Below are positions 1 to 13,240 of a stretch of 64,000 nucleotides of DNA, piece after piece (the stretch's first letter is position 1; every line of letters starts with the position of its first letter). Position numbers and translations under genes: made by a program. The notes below the pieces were generated by a model. It had not been told where the DNA came from and made no database searches. It worked only from the letters and a program-made list of their open reading frames with translations. This DNA comes from Octopus bimaculoides (lineage: Eukaryota): assembly GCF_001194135.2 (NCBI RefSeq), contig NC_068981.1, forward strand, positions 140,709,514-140,773,513. The letters run 5' to 3'.

Positions 1-33
<33 letters not shown>

Positions 34-1229
34 GACACATACAACTACGTTGCTTGTGTAGAGTGAATAAGAGGTGTGTACTTGATATATTTTGTAGAGG
101 ATACGGTCTTATTTGAAACTGTAACTGTGATATTTTCTCATCATTAGTTACATTTTCAATAAACACTATGTGTATGTATGTGTGTGCGTGTGAACGGGTG
201 TGTATATGTGTGAATGTGAGTGAGTGCGTGTGTTTGTGCATGCGCGTGTGTATCTATAATATAGAAGTGGTATATTTGAGCTGCTTCAAATAGTGAAGTG
301 ATTGGACACTGTTTCGTATCGTACTGTGCCTTATCAAACTATCTTGCAAGCCCGCTACAACATGGATAGTACGTGAGGAAATGCAGCAAAATCCAAGAAA
401 GAGAAAAATCAAAGAAATTGCCATCACTCTATTCTCGATTACTCGGATTTCCTTGTGGAGTAGGCATGCTATTTCAGACTGAACTATTGAAGGAACATGC
501 ACAGTACGCTATTAAAGCCCATCTGATATACTGTGTCATTCGATCATGAAACTTGAAGTAACATATCTATGACACACGTATTCATTTAAAAAATATTTAT
601 CTCTAACTGGATTGAATAATTTTTCGCTGATCCTAACTAGCGAACTGCATGTATGCATATGGGTGTGCGAGTGTCTGCGTGTATGACTCTGTGCGTGTGT
701 GTGAGCTTGGGTTTGTGCGCGTGTGTTTGCATGTGTGTGCGCATTTGTGCGTGTGTGTGTTTGTGTGTGTGCGTGTGTAATAGGGAGTATTCATTTATAC
801 AATCTTTAATCTCATTTCCTAAAAGTGATTTCTAGATTTTCGTCTATCATTTTTAGAAAGGCTGTATATGTTTCCTGGGATTGCAAGTTTGAAAATTTCC
901 ATTTTCGCTGTTACAGGTTCATTTATTTCCTGCTGCAGCAGGAAATCGATTTATCCAGGTAATGACTCCTGAACTAAGAACTAACTCTACTACTCTGTAT
1001 GGAGGTCGCTTAAATCCATCAGATTAATTTCTGTTTATATTTTTATTATATAGTCAACCTTCGCGTATCATATCAATGCCTTCCAACAGTTGTTTTCATT
1101 CACATTATAGTTCTACAAAATGTAGCTATCAATTTCAAGACGATTAGCCATTTTCCATTATATTCTCAAAATATACTAAACTTGCGTTATTTGCTAATTA
1201 TGTTTCCTGCAAATAGTGAGAGTATACAC

Positions 1230-1621
1230 TCACTTTGTTGTTAGCAATCCGTCGCTTACGACGACGAGGGTTCCAGTTGATCCGATCAACGGAACAGCCT
1301 GCTTGTGAAATTAACATACACGTGGCTGAGCACTCCACAGACAGGTGTAGCCTTAACGTATCTCTCCGGGATATTAAGCGTGACACAGTGTGACAAGGCT
1401 GGCTCTTTGAATTACAGGTACAACAGAAACAAGAAAAAAAGAGTGAGAGAAAGTTGTAGTGAAAGAATACAGCAGGGTTCACCACCATCCCCTGTTGGAG
1501 CCACGTGGAGCTTTAGGTGTTTTCACTCAATAAACACTCACAACGCCCGGTCTGGGAATCGAAACCGCGATCCTATGACCGCGCGTCCGCTGCCCTAACC
1601 ACTGGGCCATTGCGCCTCCAC
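1230..1621 (-). mobile_element. Full-length tRNA-headed SINE with 13-bp target-site duplication
   Basis: Minus strand begins GTGGAGGCGCAATGGCCCAGTGGTTAGGG (A-box-like) and contains GGTTTCGATTCCC (B-box-like); it ends in a short AAC-type tail. The identical 13-mer TGAGAGTATACAC flanks it at 1217-1229 and 1622-1634. Confidence 0.85.
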
Positions 1622-1709
1622 TGAGAGTATACACAGTCCCTATTAAAAGTGAACACTATCTATGTGAAGTTTGTTCAATTAATTTTAATTTATTTCCGAA
1701 AAAAAGAAA

Positions 1710-2895
1710 AAAAGGAAAGGATAAAATCCACATTTCTATTTGTCCATTATTTATTTTTAGAAAAGTATTAGTCTAAAAAACTGTGATTTTAAAAGTACGA
1801 GTTGATTCCTTCTGTTTGCAACACACTTGGCATATCTATGCATTTGCTTGTTTGTACTCTCTTTTGGATGGGGGAATGTGCCACGTATGTACAACTTCCA
1901 CATTTTTTGTGGTCTGAAGCATATTAACTGCATCTGAGCTAGAATTCGAGCTGAGTAAACAGATATTTCGAAAGAACATGTTAAAATCCACACTGAGAAA
2001 AGTAACACATTTAAAATGTAAATACTTTTCATAATGTAAGCAATACTATGGAGATAGAAATTGTTCTGCACCAACACAATGCCTTTCGGTATAAGGGAGT
2101 TTGCCTCATTTTCCTGGTCTTAGCTTGTCACGCTGCATCAAGTTATGTTGATTCAATCTCTTGATAATTCTACGTTACTTTTTGCAATTCCAGAAAATGG
2201 TCAGCATAACTTTTCCGGCTGCTGATGTTTTATATTTATCCAAACGGACGGTTGCACATTATTGCATTGCATACACTGTCATATAATATTCGGGTTGCAG
2301 TTATACATGCATCTTTTGTCAAGAGTAAGCATATTTTTCGAGCTGTCATATTTGCTATTGTAGTGATGAAAAAATCGCATCACATTTCAAATAAACTTTG
2401 CAATGGAATTTAGATAAAGGCAACTGTGATCTGAATGATTTCATACGCAATTCTATGCATAATCTGTATTTTATTTGCCGCCTCACGAATAGGTATCAGG
2501 ATATATATCAGGATGCTCAAAAGAATCATGCCATGCAAAACGTTCTTTGTTGTCGGCATCTGAATGCATAAGCAATTGGGCTACTACTTTATGATGGTCC
2601 ATCATTTTCAAACTTGTTTTCGAGAACTCCGCCCATTGTTAAACATTCTGCTGCATGAAAATTGCATCTCGTTGCTGTGCAAAATCGCTTGTTTTATTCT
2701 GGCTCCAGATGCACATTGTAGAGTGATCATGGCTATGAAAATTATATCGAAAGCTTCAATGGCGTTTTAGTTTCTAACAGTTGTGGCAATGATTTGAGAC
2801 AGATGAAGGCTTGAGATGCACGTACAACTAAATTCTCCAGCCTTAGGATCAATATTACAACTACACTCCGAGTAATTAATGATTAACCCTTGTTA
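1710..2895 (-). mobile_element. Degenerate mariner-family DNA transposon (pseudogenised transposase)
   Basis: Minus-strand translations give mariner-like segments in the expected order: IREAANKIQIMHRIAYEIIQ (~2430-2490), SAAGKVMLTIFWNCK (~2181-2226), GIVLVQNN (degenerate LHDNA region, ~2060-2085) and HRYAKCV near the C-terminus. Many stops and frameshifts; ends are approximate. Confidence 0.75.
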
Positions 2896-4129
2896 TATGT
2901 TGTGCTTAGATTGGAAAACGATTGTTTCATCCAGTGTCATAAGGTCCTGATATAGTAAAGGGGTTAAAGAGATTATATTCATGCTAATAGTAATAACAGT
3001 AGGAATAGCTTGAATAAAGTTGTTACAGATTATTACGGAGAAGAATTAAAATATTAGCAACATAAACATGAACGCTAATGGTGATTTTATACATGATACG
3101 AACAATCATATTTGTACCCTATGAATGGTCATTACTCGCAATATAGTACCATTTCTAGATGAACTGCCTTTACCAAAACGCTACATATATATATTGGGTT
3201 ATCCTTTGATTTCAAGAGACGGTATTTAGTTAATGTTGGTGAATTTTCTAATATGACCCGCAAATCTTCAATTTCGTTTGCTAATTATATCCGTTATTTC
3301 AAGGTTAACAAGTACTCTATTTTAAGAGCAGAATATTTTACAAGTTGGTCTTACTGCATGGAATATGTGCTGCAGGGAATCTATAGAAATATTTTGAGAA
3401 AATAGAAATCTCTTAATCAGACTAAGTGACACTAATGCATTCTGTAGGTATAGCTTTGATAAAATGTTTACTTTTTACAATGAATAGATGCGCCCCAATC
3501 ATCTTACATAAATTCTAACTTGCATTTCAAGTTAACAAACTTAGACTAAGCCTTATATATTTTTCTTCATACGTTACATATATAACCTGGGCCGATTAAA
3601 AATATGACAATTATATTCCTATGATAACGTTTCTAAATTTATTTTTATATTTGTATCAACTATTTATATATTAATCTTTTTTATAGCCCCTGCTGATATT
3701 TTTTCTTCCCACTTTAGGTTCAGTTTTTACGCTTCTTTCTATAATGTTATTCACCTAATTTTCTGTCGCTTTAATTTCTTTACATTATTATCACGGTCCC
3801 TGTCTTGTCTAGTCTACACGCTTGGTTGATTATACTTTATTAAGGCCGTCAAAAGGTCATCTGACAGTCGCTTAGCAGGAGATGCCAACCTGAGACTACC
3901 TTTCTTTTTCTTTCGTTTTTTATTTCCTTTTTCTTTATTCCATTCTTTACTTTTAATTAATTATCTTCCATCTTATTTTTGTACTATATCTTTCCAATAC
4001 TTAGATTTCTCTTTTGTCGTGATGCCTTGCTATATTTTGTCTACATTTCCGGTCACTTTGTTTATTCGAAGTGCTAAATTTGAAAGATACACACAGTTAC
4101 AGAGAAATTGGAAAAAAACAGAAAAAAAA

Positions 4130-4410
4130 GAAAAACATGTGGGGAGGGGGTAAAGCAGCGGAAGATGAAGTGGAGGGGTTTGATGAGTCAAAACTCCCAG
4201 AACAAGCTGGGTGTTCAGCCGCTCCCGCGTTAATGATGTCGATAGCACTGCTGTGGAGAATGGCCAGCTTCACACGCTGGAAATGCCGCTGCAACACGCG
4301 GGGCTCATTTCTCTGACGGGCCAATGCTATCCCCTATTTTGCGACGGAAATCAGTAGTACGGCGTTCTAGAACAATTGGCGTCTCGACGACGACCGTGTC
4401 TCTGCCTTTT
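4130..4410. promoter_or_regulatory. GC/CpG-enriched unique island (possible promoter or 5' exon)
   Basis: Visibly richer in GC and CpG than the flanks, not matching any repeat in the window; GGCCAATG at ~4319-4326. No recognisable protein in any frame. Confidence 0.25.
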
Positions 4411-4790
4411 TTTCTTCTGACATGTTTTATACCTATCTCTCCATTATTCTCCTACACTCAACGTTACTTGCATCTTCTCGTTCTCATTGTCTTTTGATAA
4501 TAATATACGTTTAGATTATTAATTTAATTAGTAAGTAATCTATTTATTTGTTGATGCACTCCTACTTATTGGACAAACTATTTGATATACATTGTTCAGT
4601 GACTGTGTTAATGCCTTTATGGATCATTTCGGTTTGGCTGCCAACATCAATTTATGTTCGAATTGATTTCATATTCAGTGTAACGATAAACTTTTATTAT
4701 AGGCTAATGAATGACATGGAAATCGTATTCGCTATAATCAATCAATAAAGAGTTTTTAGCAATTAAAGTTTGAAAATTTGTGGCAATTTT

Positions 4791-4891
4791 AGCCAATCGT
4801 AAGCCACAAAAACATTCATGCCTGTTTCCATCGTAACAAGCGGAACATCAAAGTACGTGTTGACAGGAAAGCACACGCAGAAAAGCACGTG
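4791..4891 (+). promoter_or_regulatory. Motif cluster: CCAAT box, X-box-like site, E-box
   Basis: AGCCAATCG at 4791-4799 (fits NF-Y RRCCAATSR); GTTTCCATCGTAAC at 4824-4837 (one mismatch to the RFX X-box); CACGTG at 4886-4891. Motif matches only. Confidence 0.25.
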
Positions 4892-5614
4892 TCGACAAAT
4901 ACCACTTGTTTGACCTATCTCATACCAAACTGAGCTTGTGAATTATGTGGCGCAGAAGATATGAAAATTGTCATTTGTTCGAGAAATTGATTGAATGAAT
5001 TTCCTACTTTCGTTTTGAATGAACTGGTCAACAAAATATTTTTTTTTTTTTTTAATATTAAAATTGTAACGTGCTATTTTGTTTTTAGATAAATCTTCTA
5101 AGTTCGTGCTATCGCATTGAAGGCATATTTAATCCTTGGCATTCAATCATTTTGAGTCTTAGAGTTGTCATTGAGTTGTCAAGATTCGTTCGTTAGTTTC
5201 CGTATGAATGACAGCACACGTTGTCAACTGTAAACACATGAAATATTATCACTAATACAGCTTTTTCGACGCACATACATACATATCCATGCTTCTTTTC
5301 CGTACGTATGTGTGTGTAATGTAGATAATAAAAATAAAGTCGCATTTTAAACTTGAGAAAAGCCTTGCATATTTATAATGCTCAAGTTATGTCTGTCTCT
5401 ATGAATGCATTTTTTGTGCATGAATATGTATGCGGTTAGCATTCGTTCTTACCTGCTTCATTTGTGTATATAAATTTCCAAGAAGTAAACGAAATCGACG
5501 TCGAAAAAGCCCTATTAGTGATGATATTTAATGTGTTTACTGTTGACAACAACGCGCTGTCACGTACACGGAAACAAACGAACGAATCTTGAAAGTCTGA
5601 GACTCAAAACGATT

Positions 5615-5870
5615 GAATGTCGAATGCTTTAAACTACAAAAGATGTGTTGTTTACTCTTTTTTCTTTTTTTTTTTTTTGTCATTCAGGTGAAGGTGAGGT
5701 GTGCTAAAACTAATGGCTAAATAACGTTTTTGGATAAATCATTTAAGTTCGTGTTATCGCTTTAAATGCATATTGAATGCTTAAAACTACAAAAGACGTG
5801 TTGTTTACTCATTTTTTTTTTGTCATTGAGGTAGTTGCGATGTGTGCTAAAAATAGCAGCTAAATAGGCC
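5615..5870 (+). repeat. Local tandem duplication of ~150 bp
   Basis: GAATGCTTTAAACTACAAAAGATGTGTTGTTT...TTGTCATTCAGGT (~5623-5690) recurs as GAATGCTTAAAACTACAAAAGACGTGTTGTTT...TTGTCATTGAGGT (~5776-5832). A related AAGTTCGTGYTATCGC segment occurs at ~5099 and ~5745. Confidence 0.7.
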
Positions 5871-7575
5871 TTAAATCACTCAGAACCATATGCTTTGGCG
5901 TTGTCTTATGAAGTCCTGCGTGTAGAACACAAATTCNNNNNNNNNNNNNNNNNNNNNNNNNNNNNNNNNNNNNNNNNNNNNNNNNNNNNNNNNNNNNNNN
6001 NNNNNNNNNNNNNNNNNNNNNNNNNNNNNNNNNNNNNNNNNNNNNNNNNNNNNNNNNNNNNNNNNNNNNNNNNNNNNNNNNNNNNNNNNNNNNNNNNNNN
6101 NNNNNNNNNNNNNNNNNNNNNNNNNNNNNNNNNNNNNNNNNNNNNNNNNNNNNNNNNNNNNNNNNNNNNNNNNNNNNNNNNNNNNNNNNNNNNNNNNNNN
6201 NNNNNNNNNNNNNNNNNNNNNNNNNNNNNNNNNNNNNNNNNNNNNNNNNNNNNNNNNNNNNNNNNNNNNNNNNNNNNNNNNNNNNNNNNNNNNNNNNNNN
6301 NNNNNNNNNNNNNNNNNNNNNNNNNNNNNNNNNNNNNNNNNNNNNNNNNNNNNNNNNNNNNNNNNNNNNNNNNNNNNNNNNNNNNNNNNNNNNNNNNNNN
6401 NNNNNNNNNNNNNNNNNNNNNNNNNNNNNNNNNNNNNNNNNNNNNNNNNNNNNNNNNNNNNNNNNNNNNNNNNNNNNNNNNNNNNNNNNNNNNNNNNNNN
6501 NNNNNNNNNNNNNNNNNNNNNNNNNNNNNNNNNNNNNNNNNNNNNNNNNNNNNNNNNNNNNNNNNNNNNNNNNNNNNNNNNNNNNNNNNNNNNNNNNNNN
6601 NNNNNNNNNNNNNNNNNNNNNNNNNNNNNNNNNNNNNNNNNNNNNNNNNNNNNNNNNNNNNNNNNNNNNNNNNNNNNNNNNNNNNNNNNNNNNNCACACA
6701 CAAAGAATCACGCTAATAGCTCAGGAGTGAAATTTAGGTTTTTTCGTTTTTTTGTGAATGGATTTTTGATAAAGCTTTACCCAGCTGGCTTGCACGCTAT
6801 GGACACATCATTGTTATGATTTCATTATTTTGTGTAACGTTTCTTTTTTATTTCAGATTCTTTAATTTTCGTGTGAACCACGCTAATAGCTCCTCTCCGC
6901 TCTAAGAAAAATGGGACGTTCAAACGGCATGAACGATGAAGGAAAGTCTTGTCATCATCAAGGAAAGTGCTAAAGGCACCTCTCTTCATGTCATTGCGGA
7001 GGCGTTAGGTCATCATGTGGACACGGTTAGACGATTCCGGAAGGACCCTTCATCAAGGAAGACACGATCAAATTGCAGGACCTCCAAGAATGTGACAGCT
7101 AGGAATTTAATGAATATTGGCCGCTAGCTACGTGGGGAATCTGGACAGACAAGCAAAGACATTTTCACCGCCTCCGGACTTCCTCATGTACCGAAAACCA
7201 TCAGAAATTGCATCCTCGGGACCTTGGCTTCCGTGCGAGAACCCCTAAAACTGCCTCTTTAACGCCCAGTCACAGGAGTTTGAGGACTTAATGCGCCAAA
7301 AGGTAGACAACGTTAGACATACGTTCTTTTCTGTTCCCTGATGAAACCAGGGCGACCTTTGACGGATTTGATGGTTGGGCAAATGGTTGGGTCTATTTTG
7401 GAGATATATGTCACCAACGTTTACAACGTCAACAACAGGGTGGGGGCGTCGCATTGTTGGCTGGTATCATTGGGGATAGGCTTGTCGGACTAGGCAGGGC
7501 GCCAGAAGATGTTAAAGTGACCGCAGCCGCCTACTGCAATCTCACGAAGGAGTTCTTGGATCCCTTACTCAATAA
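5860..7575 (+). mobile_element. Degenerate Tc1-family transposon (Tc3-like motif), 3'-truncated, spanning an assembly gap
   Basis: ORF 6936-7127 is an HTH-type N-terminus (GTSLHVIAEALGHHVDTVRRF). Downstream: DETRATFDGFDGWANGWVYFGD (first catalytic D; compare Tc3 DEKKFNLDGPDG) and QRQQQGGG. Frameshifted; 5' boundary uncertain. Confidence 0.8.
5937..6694. other. Assembly gap (N-run). Other gaps: 7697-8000, 10796-10866, 12036-12187, 40642-40651, 44965-44974, 45709-45893, 49113-49122, 57203-57543, 60680-61086
   Basis: Runs of N seen directly; all X-rich ORFs in the track come from these gaps. Confidence 0.99.
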
Positions 7576-8000
7576 ATGAAAAATGCCATAATTACTAACA
7601 AAATGCACACAAGACACACAGAAAACTGAATATTAACAATCCGATTGAATTAGGGTCCTTCTGTGTATATATATATCTCTCTCTCTCTCTCTCTCTNNNN
7701 NNNNNNNNNNNNNNNNNNNNNNNNNNNNNNNNNNNNNNNNNNNNNNNNNNNNNNNNNNNNNNNNNNNNNNNNNNNNNNNNNNNNNNNNNNNNNNNNNNNN
7801 NNNNNNNNNNNNNNNNNNNNNNNNNNNNNNNNNNNNNNNNNNNNNNNNNNNNNNNNNNNNNNNNNNNNNNNNNNNNNNNNNNNNNNNNNNNNNNNNNNNN
7901 NNNNNNNNNNNNNNNNNNNNNNNNNNNNNNNNNNNNNNNNNNNNNNNNNNNNNNNNNNNNNNNNNNNNNNNNNNNNNNNNNNNNNNNNNNNNNNNNNNNN

Positions 8001-8147
8001 GGTAAGATGCCAGCTTCTCAATCACATGGTTCCGAGCTCAGTCCAACCGATTGGCAGTTTGGACAAGTGTGTTCGACTATAGCCCCGATTCAACCAAAAT
8101 CTATTGAGTGGAAATGGTAGACGGAAACTGAAAGAAGCCGGACGACT
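8001..8147 (+). mobile_element. SINE 5' portion (family with internal microsatellite)
   Basis: GGTAAGATGCCAGCTTCTCAATCACATGGTTCCGAGCTCAGTCC...GGTAGACGGAAACTGAAAGAAGCCGGACG matches the reverse complement of the SINE head at 15250-15385. Confidence 0.7.
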
Positions 8148-8300
<153 letters not shown>

Positions 8301-11292
8301 GACAGTTATAATTTTATAAACCATGTAACCTAATGCATTATCTCTAGCCTAAAATTTAAAACTGGTATTGAAAATTTTACGACCTGAATTAGCCAAGTAA
8401 TACATTTAGGTTGCTCAAAAAATATTGTAACTCTGGATGCAGATTAATGAACCATGATAGATGCATGATGAGTTTAGAAAAACTCCAGCATATTTAATCC
8501 CATGTCTGATTTAACAAACAACAATTGCGTCATCCAATCTGGAAACAAAAACCGCGGTTTTAACACAGTTTTAAAGACTAATACCACTCCCAAATAATTG
8601 ATCAATTTGTGACTATAAATGAGGAAATTACGCAAATGACCATAGGACTGAAACTGGAATCATGTAATTATGAAGCTAAATTTTCAACCGTTCGGTCATA
8701 GGATTTCTAATATTTTATGCAACGGAATTCACAGTGTATCATTCTAATTCAAAGTTTATAGGGCCATAATTTATTTGCTAAGGGAAGCAATTGAAGCCGG
8801 CACATATAATTATTGTATAAACTAAAGTTATATAAAACAAAATGTTTAGAAAAAAGTGCAAAAACAAGTTGCCATAGTTTAAGCAATGTTTATCAAACTG
8901 AAAGTAAGTCATGGCTATATAAGCTATTAACCCCATTCACAGACAGTTTTCTAGATCTTTTCTTTATAATTTTCTTCAACATAATTTATCCAATCATTCA
9001 GTGTATACATACATACACACATACATACTCACATACATATATGCATACACACACAGATGCACGCACACGCAGATATATTGCTTAAAGGAAGAATTAGCCC
9101 TTTATATTTAAAATTGGCCATTATTATTCTAATTACTTCTCTTTAGAGTGAGCGGAAATAATGTACGTTTATTCAACGTGAAGAGTGCATTTTTCACTTT
9201 CAAAAATCCTCCAATTTTCTCATCATGATAGACGTAATTCTCCTATACATTCATTCGAAGTCTGGAGTTAATTTCATTAAAGTCATTTCATGTAAATCCT
9301 GCATAATGTGATGCTTCTCTTTTTAATCAGTGAAATTTCCAACAAATTTCCCAACTTACATGCATGATTAATGACTTGAAAATTACAGCATATTGAAATA
9401 TTTGCATTCGTGAGTAAAATTGGTAGGGATTATTTTCCTTTCCATAGGTATACGAGTCTTCATTGGGGATTATTCAAATATTTTATATGACTATATGAAT
9501 TAATTAGAAGATATTTGTAAAAATGAACGCATCGATGCATTTTCTATGGCTTGTACTCAGGAAAATTGTCGGAGATGCTCAAATTGAAAATACCAGCCTA
9601 ATTGCACGTTTATGTTATATATAATGACTAAAGCAGTGATAGCAGAAACAAAACATACGAAAATGAAATTAAAAATTAGCGTATTAAGCGAAAGTGCATT
9701 TATTTTCGATCTATATCTTGCCTTATACGGTAAAATACCTATAGTATACCTATTTGTATGTCCGGATACATACTAAAATAAAATTTAAATCTCGATGTAA
9801 GCATTATCGGGACTGCCATCAGAACATCCAACTGTAGAATAGATGTCAATTTAGTAACGATAATGTTTAAAGTATGATGATAATCTGAAGGAAATGATAA
9901 TACATCATATATAAGTAAATGCTTTGCGTTTAATGATCTAGTGAACATTACAATGTGAAAATGTTTGTTCTAAGGAATAATCATTTTAAATATAATGATG
10001 GCACATAACTATAACATAGTGAAAATTATTAGACACAATCTCTTGGTGTGTTTAATATGTGAAAATAACTTCCTATTTATTCTACTTCCTAAATTATAAA
10101 TTAATTGATAATTTTGGAGTTAGATTTTTAAATACTCGTAGATGAAATTATTTTCAAAATATATGTAAACTTTATGGCATCTTTATCATAAATTATACAT
10201 GTGACATTCTACTATATTTGTGTTGACCATGTGGATCTCAATTTTGAGTGATTTAGCTTCATCTCTATACTCGATACTTATTTATCCCTATATTTCTTTC
10301 ACATTATCATGGTCAGTACGATATTTAACTCTTTATTGCTTTTGCTAGTTACTGTGAGGTTATGTTCTAATTTCATAGTAACATCAAATATTTCACGACG
10401 TTTAGATTAATATATTTTACATACATCGTGTCTCCATTTTGCTAGGATTCAAAACACAACCACATCTTATATCTCAGTGAATTACAACGATTATCTGACT
10501 TTCATACGTCGTTGAAATTTCAAATACTATTGTTCAGCATGTAGAATACTGCGTAGTTTTATTCCGCATTAAGCCTGTTATTGGAATGTGTTCCACATAC
10601 ATACACTACGAAGTTTGGCACAAAAAAGATATGCCTACGTTTATTGCATTCGTACAACTACTCGTACACCCACTAACTTCCACGCGAATACTCGTGATAT
10701 AGACATCCGTTTCACGAGAAAATCGATCAGAATAATCTTAAATACACATACACATACACACACACTCTCATGTATATATATATGTATATATATATNNNNN
10801 NNNNNNNNNNNNNNNNNNNNNNNNNNNNNNNNNNNNNNNNNNNNNNNNNNNNNNNNNNNNNNNNNNTATAAATTTAATTAGAGGATATGTTAGCCTAATC
10901 AACGGATGGTATATATTCATTTAAAAGAAGAAAAGAAAATGGAGATTAGGAAGTTAATAATTATTTATTATCAACAACAAATTAGTCGTCTTCGCTTCTT
11001 ACAGCCCTTTGAAGTGATACACAATAATTTAATCACGAATTTGTACATTAAATTTCCTTTTATGCGACATGAGTATAATTCCATGAAAGGTAAAAAGACG
11101 TACCTATGGAGGTTATGTGTGGGCTTATCAATTCGTTTTAGCAGACTATTCGTTTTAGAAGCCTATTCGTTTATATATCACATATTAACTATGTGATATA
11201 TATATATATATATATATATACATATTCCACATTGGTGCTCATCCTTATCGAAATATTCGACTATCGTAGTTGTAATAAAACAGGTGGAGTGA

Positions 11293-11500
11293 AGACACCC
11301 CCTAGCCGGTGAAGGATCATGCACATGTCACCAATGCTTAAATGCCCCCCTCATATGCCACGTCGCAACTCATTTCTACAGTCGAATGAACTGGACCAAC
11401 GTGAAATAAGTGAACACAGCACACAGCTTCGTCCGGAAAGTGAACTCACAACCTTATGACTGTGAGCACGACGTCGTAACCACTGAGCGATGCGCCTTCA
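11293..11500 (-). mobile_element. tRNA-headed SINE, internally deleted, same family as 20274-20608
   Basis: Reverse complement begins TGAAGGCGCATCGCTCAGTGGTTA and shares GTTGTGAGTTC, GTAGAAATGAGTTGCGACGT and a GGGGGT-type 3' end with the 20274 copy. Confidence 0.75.
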
Positions 11501-11975
11501 ATTTAAAACACATGTTCTGAGGATGGCATTTAACTCCATCGAGTGGTGAGAGCCCGGCTTCGGAGTCAAGGCGGTTGAGGGAGGTATGTATTTACCTATT
11601 TCTTGATACTGCTATGTATGTCAATATAAATGTGTGCAGTGTGTGTATTCGTTTGTAAATGCGTGTGTATATTCACACACACTCACGTACAAACACACAC
11701 ATATATATACGCGCACACACAAATACACACACATTTATTTAGGTACTCACAAATACACACACATATACAGCAGAATAAGAAATAGAAAGTCCTTGGTACA
11801 ATATTATATATTTGGAAAAATGAATAGAAATGGCTTATCTGATTTACCCACTTTAATGATTAGATGTCAATACGTTATTAAATGTTTACACCTTTTATAA
11901 TATACGTAATAACTTATGAGCGTCTACTTATTATGTTGGAAAAATTATCAGAAGAGCCAGTTCTATTCATATTTT

Positions 11976-12007
<32 letters not shown>

Positions 12008-12187
12008 TACAGACACACACACACACACACACACANNNNNNNNNNNNNNNNNNNNNNNNNNNNNNNNNNNNNNNNNNNNNNNNNNNNNNNNNNNNNNNNN
12101 NNNNNNNNNNNNNNNNNNNNNNNNNNNNNNNNNNNNNNNNNNNNNNNNNNNNNNNNNNNNNNNNNNNNNNNNNNNNNNNNNNNNNNN

Positions 12188-12230
<43 letters not shown>

Positions 12231-12242
12231 TATATGCATACA

Positions 12243-12780
12243 TGAGTACAAGACGTCACATACTGTAAACAACATGAAATACGAAAGCAAATGAGTTGAT
12301 ACGCAAAGAACGAGAGAAACAAATGAAAACAGGACAAGTAACATAAAAAAACGACCCTTCATCAGTTGTCCGCTGTCCATCTACTCCTAATTTCGAATAT
12401 TGGACGACAATATGAGTCTTCAAAGACAGTTGCTCCCGCAAAAACCAAAGTTTTGGGATTTGCGAAGGGTCAAAGTTGGTAACAAAAAACAGGACAGTAG
12501 AGACATACAAGGAGACCGAACGAAAAAAAGCATGGCGGTTCGTTAGACAAGACGAAGTTAAAATAGCGAACGCTGGAGGAACATTTTCTTTTACAAGAGA
12601 AGGGATTGAAGAGAAAGACGTGCAATTTCTACGACAGCCCTGGAGGGAAAAGAAAGATGGACGATGGTCACGTGTGAACAACGAGAGATTAAAGGAGGGG
12701 GAGAGAGACAGATAGAAAACGGTAAAGGGGCGATAAAAGTATTTAGAGAAAGGATGAAGGTAGAGTCGCATCAAAAATAT
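12243..12780. repeat. Interspersed repeat copy A (possibly Penelope-like terminal repeat)
   Basis: 12243-12356 recurs as a direct repeat at 12913-13020, and 12357-12533 recurs inverted at 13025-13204. The class assignment is inference. Confidence 0.6.
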
Positions 12781-12912
12781 TAAGATAAACTTACTTGGAA
12801 ATGGATGCGAGACGTTTAATCAAATAATAATATAAACAAGATATATATATATTTATACATACATACATATATGTACACACATACACACACACACACACAT
12901 ACACATGCCTAT

Positions 12913-13240
12913 ATGGGTACAGGACGTTACAAACCGTAAACAACATGACATACGAAAACAAATAAGTTGATACGCAAACAACGAGAGAAAAAAATAAAAA
13001 ACAGGACTGATGTAACGACCCTCAATACTTGTTTTCGTTCGGTTTACTTGTATGTCTCAATTGTTCTGTTATTGTTACCAACGTTGACTCTTCGCAAATC
13101 ACAAATTTCATTTTGGATTTTGCGGGTGCAACTGCCTTCGAAGACTCATATTGTCATTCAGTGCTCGAAATGAGGCGTAGATGGACAGCCGCCAACAGAT
13201 GAAGGATCGTTCTTGTCGTGTTTACGGTATGTGACATCCT
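12913..13240. repeat. Rearranged second copy (direct half plus inverted half) of the 12243 repeat
   Basis: GTACAGGACGTTACAAACCGTAAACAACATGAC matches 12246 onward. Reverse complement of 13025-13204 (CTTCATCTGTTGGCGGCTGTCCATCTAC...GACAATATGAGTCTTCGAAGGCAGTTGC) matches 12357 onward. 13214-13240 is the inverted start of copy A. Confidence 0.75.

Noticed and set aside
2883-2967. TTAA-CCCT...GGGG-TTAA, resembling a mini piggyBac element
   Set aside because: The inverted repeat is short and imperfect, and the left part is equally explained as the mariner terminus.
12340-12400. CTGATGA near CGAAA on the minus strand (possible hammerhead ribozyme); also CTGATGA...GAAAC at ~29826-29855
   Set aside because: I could not form stems II and III by hand in either case.
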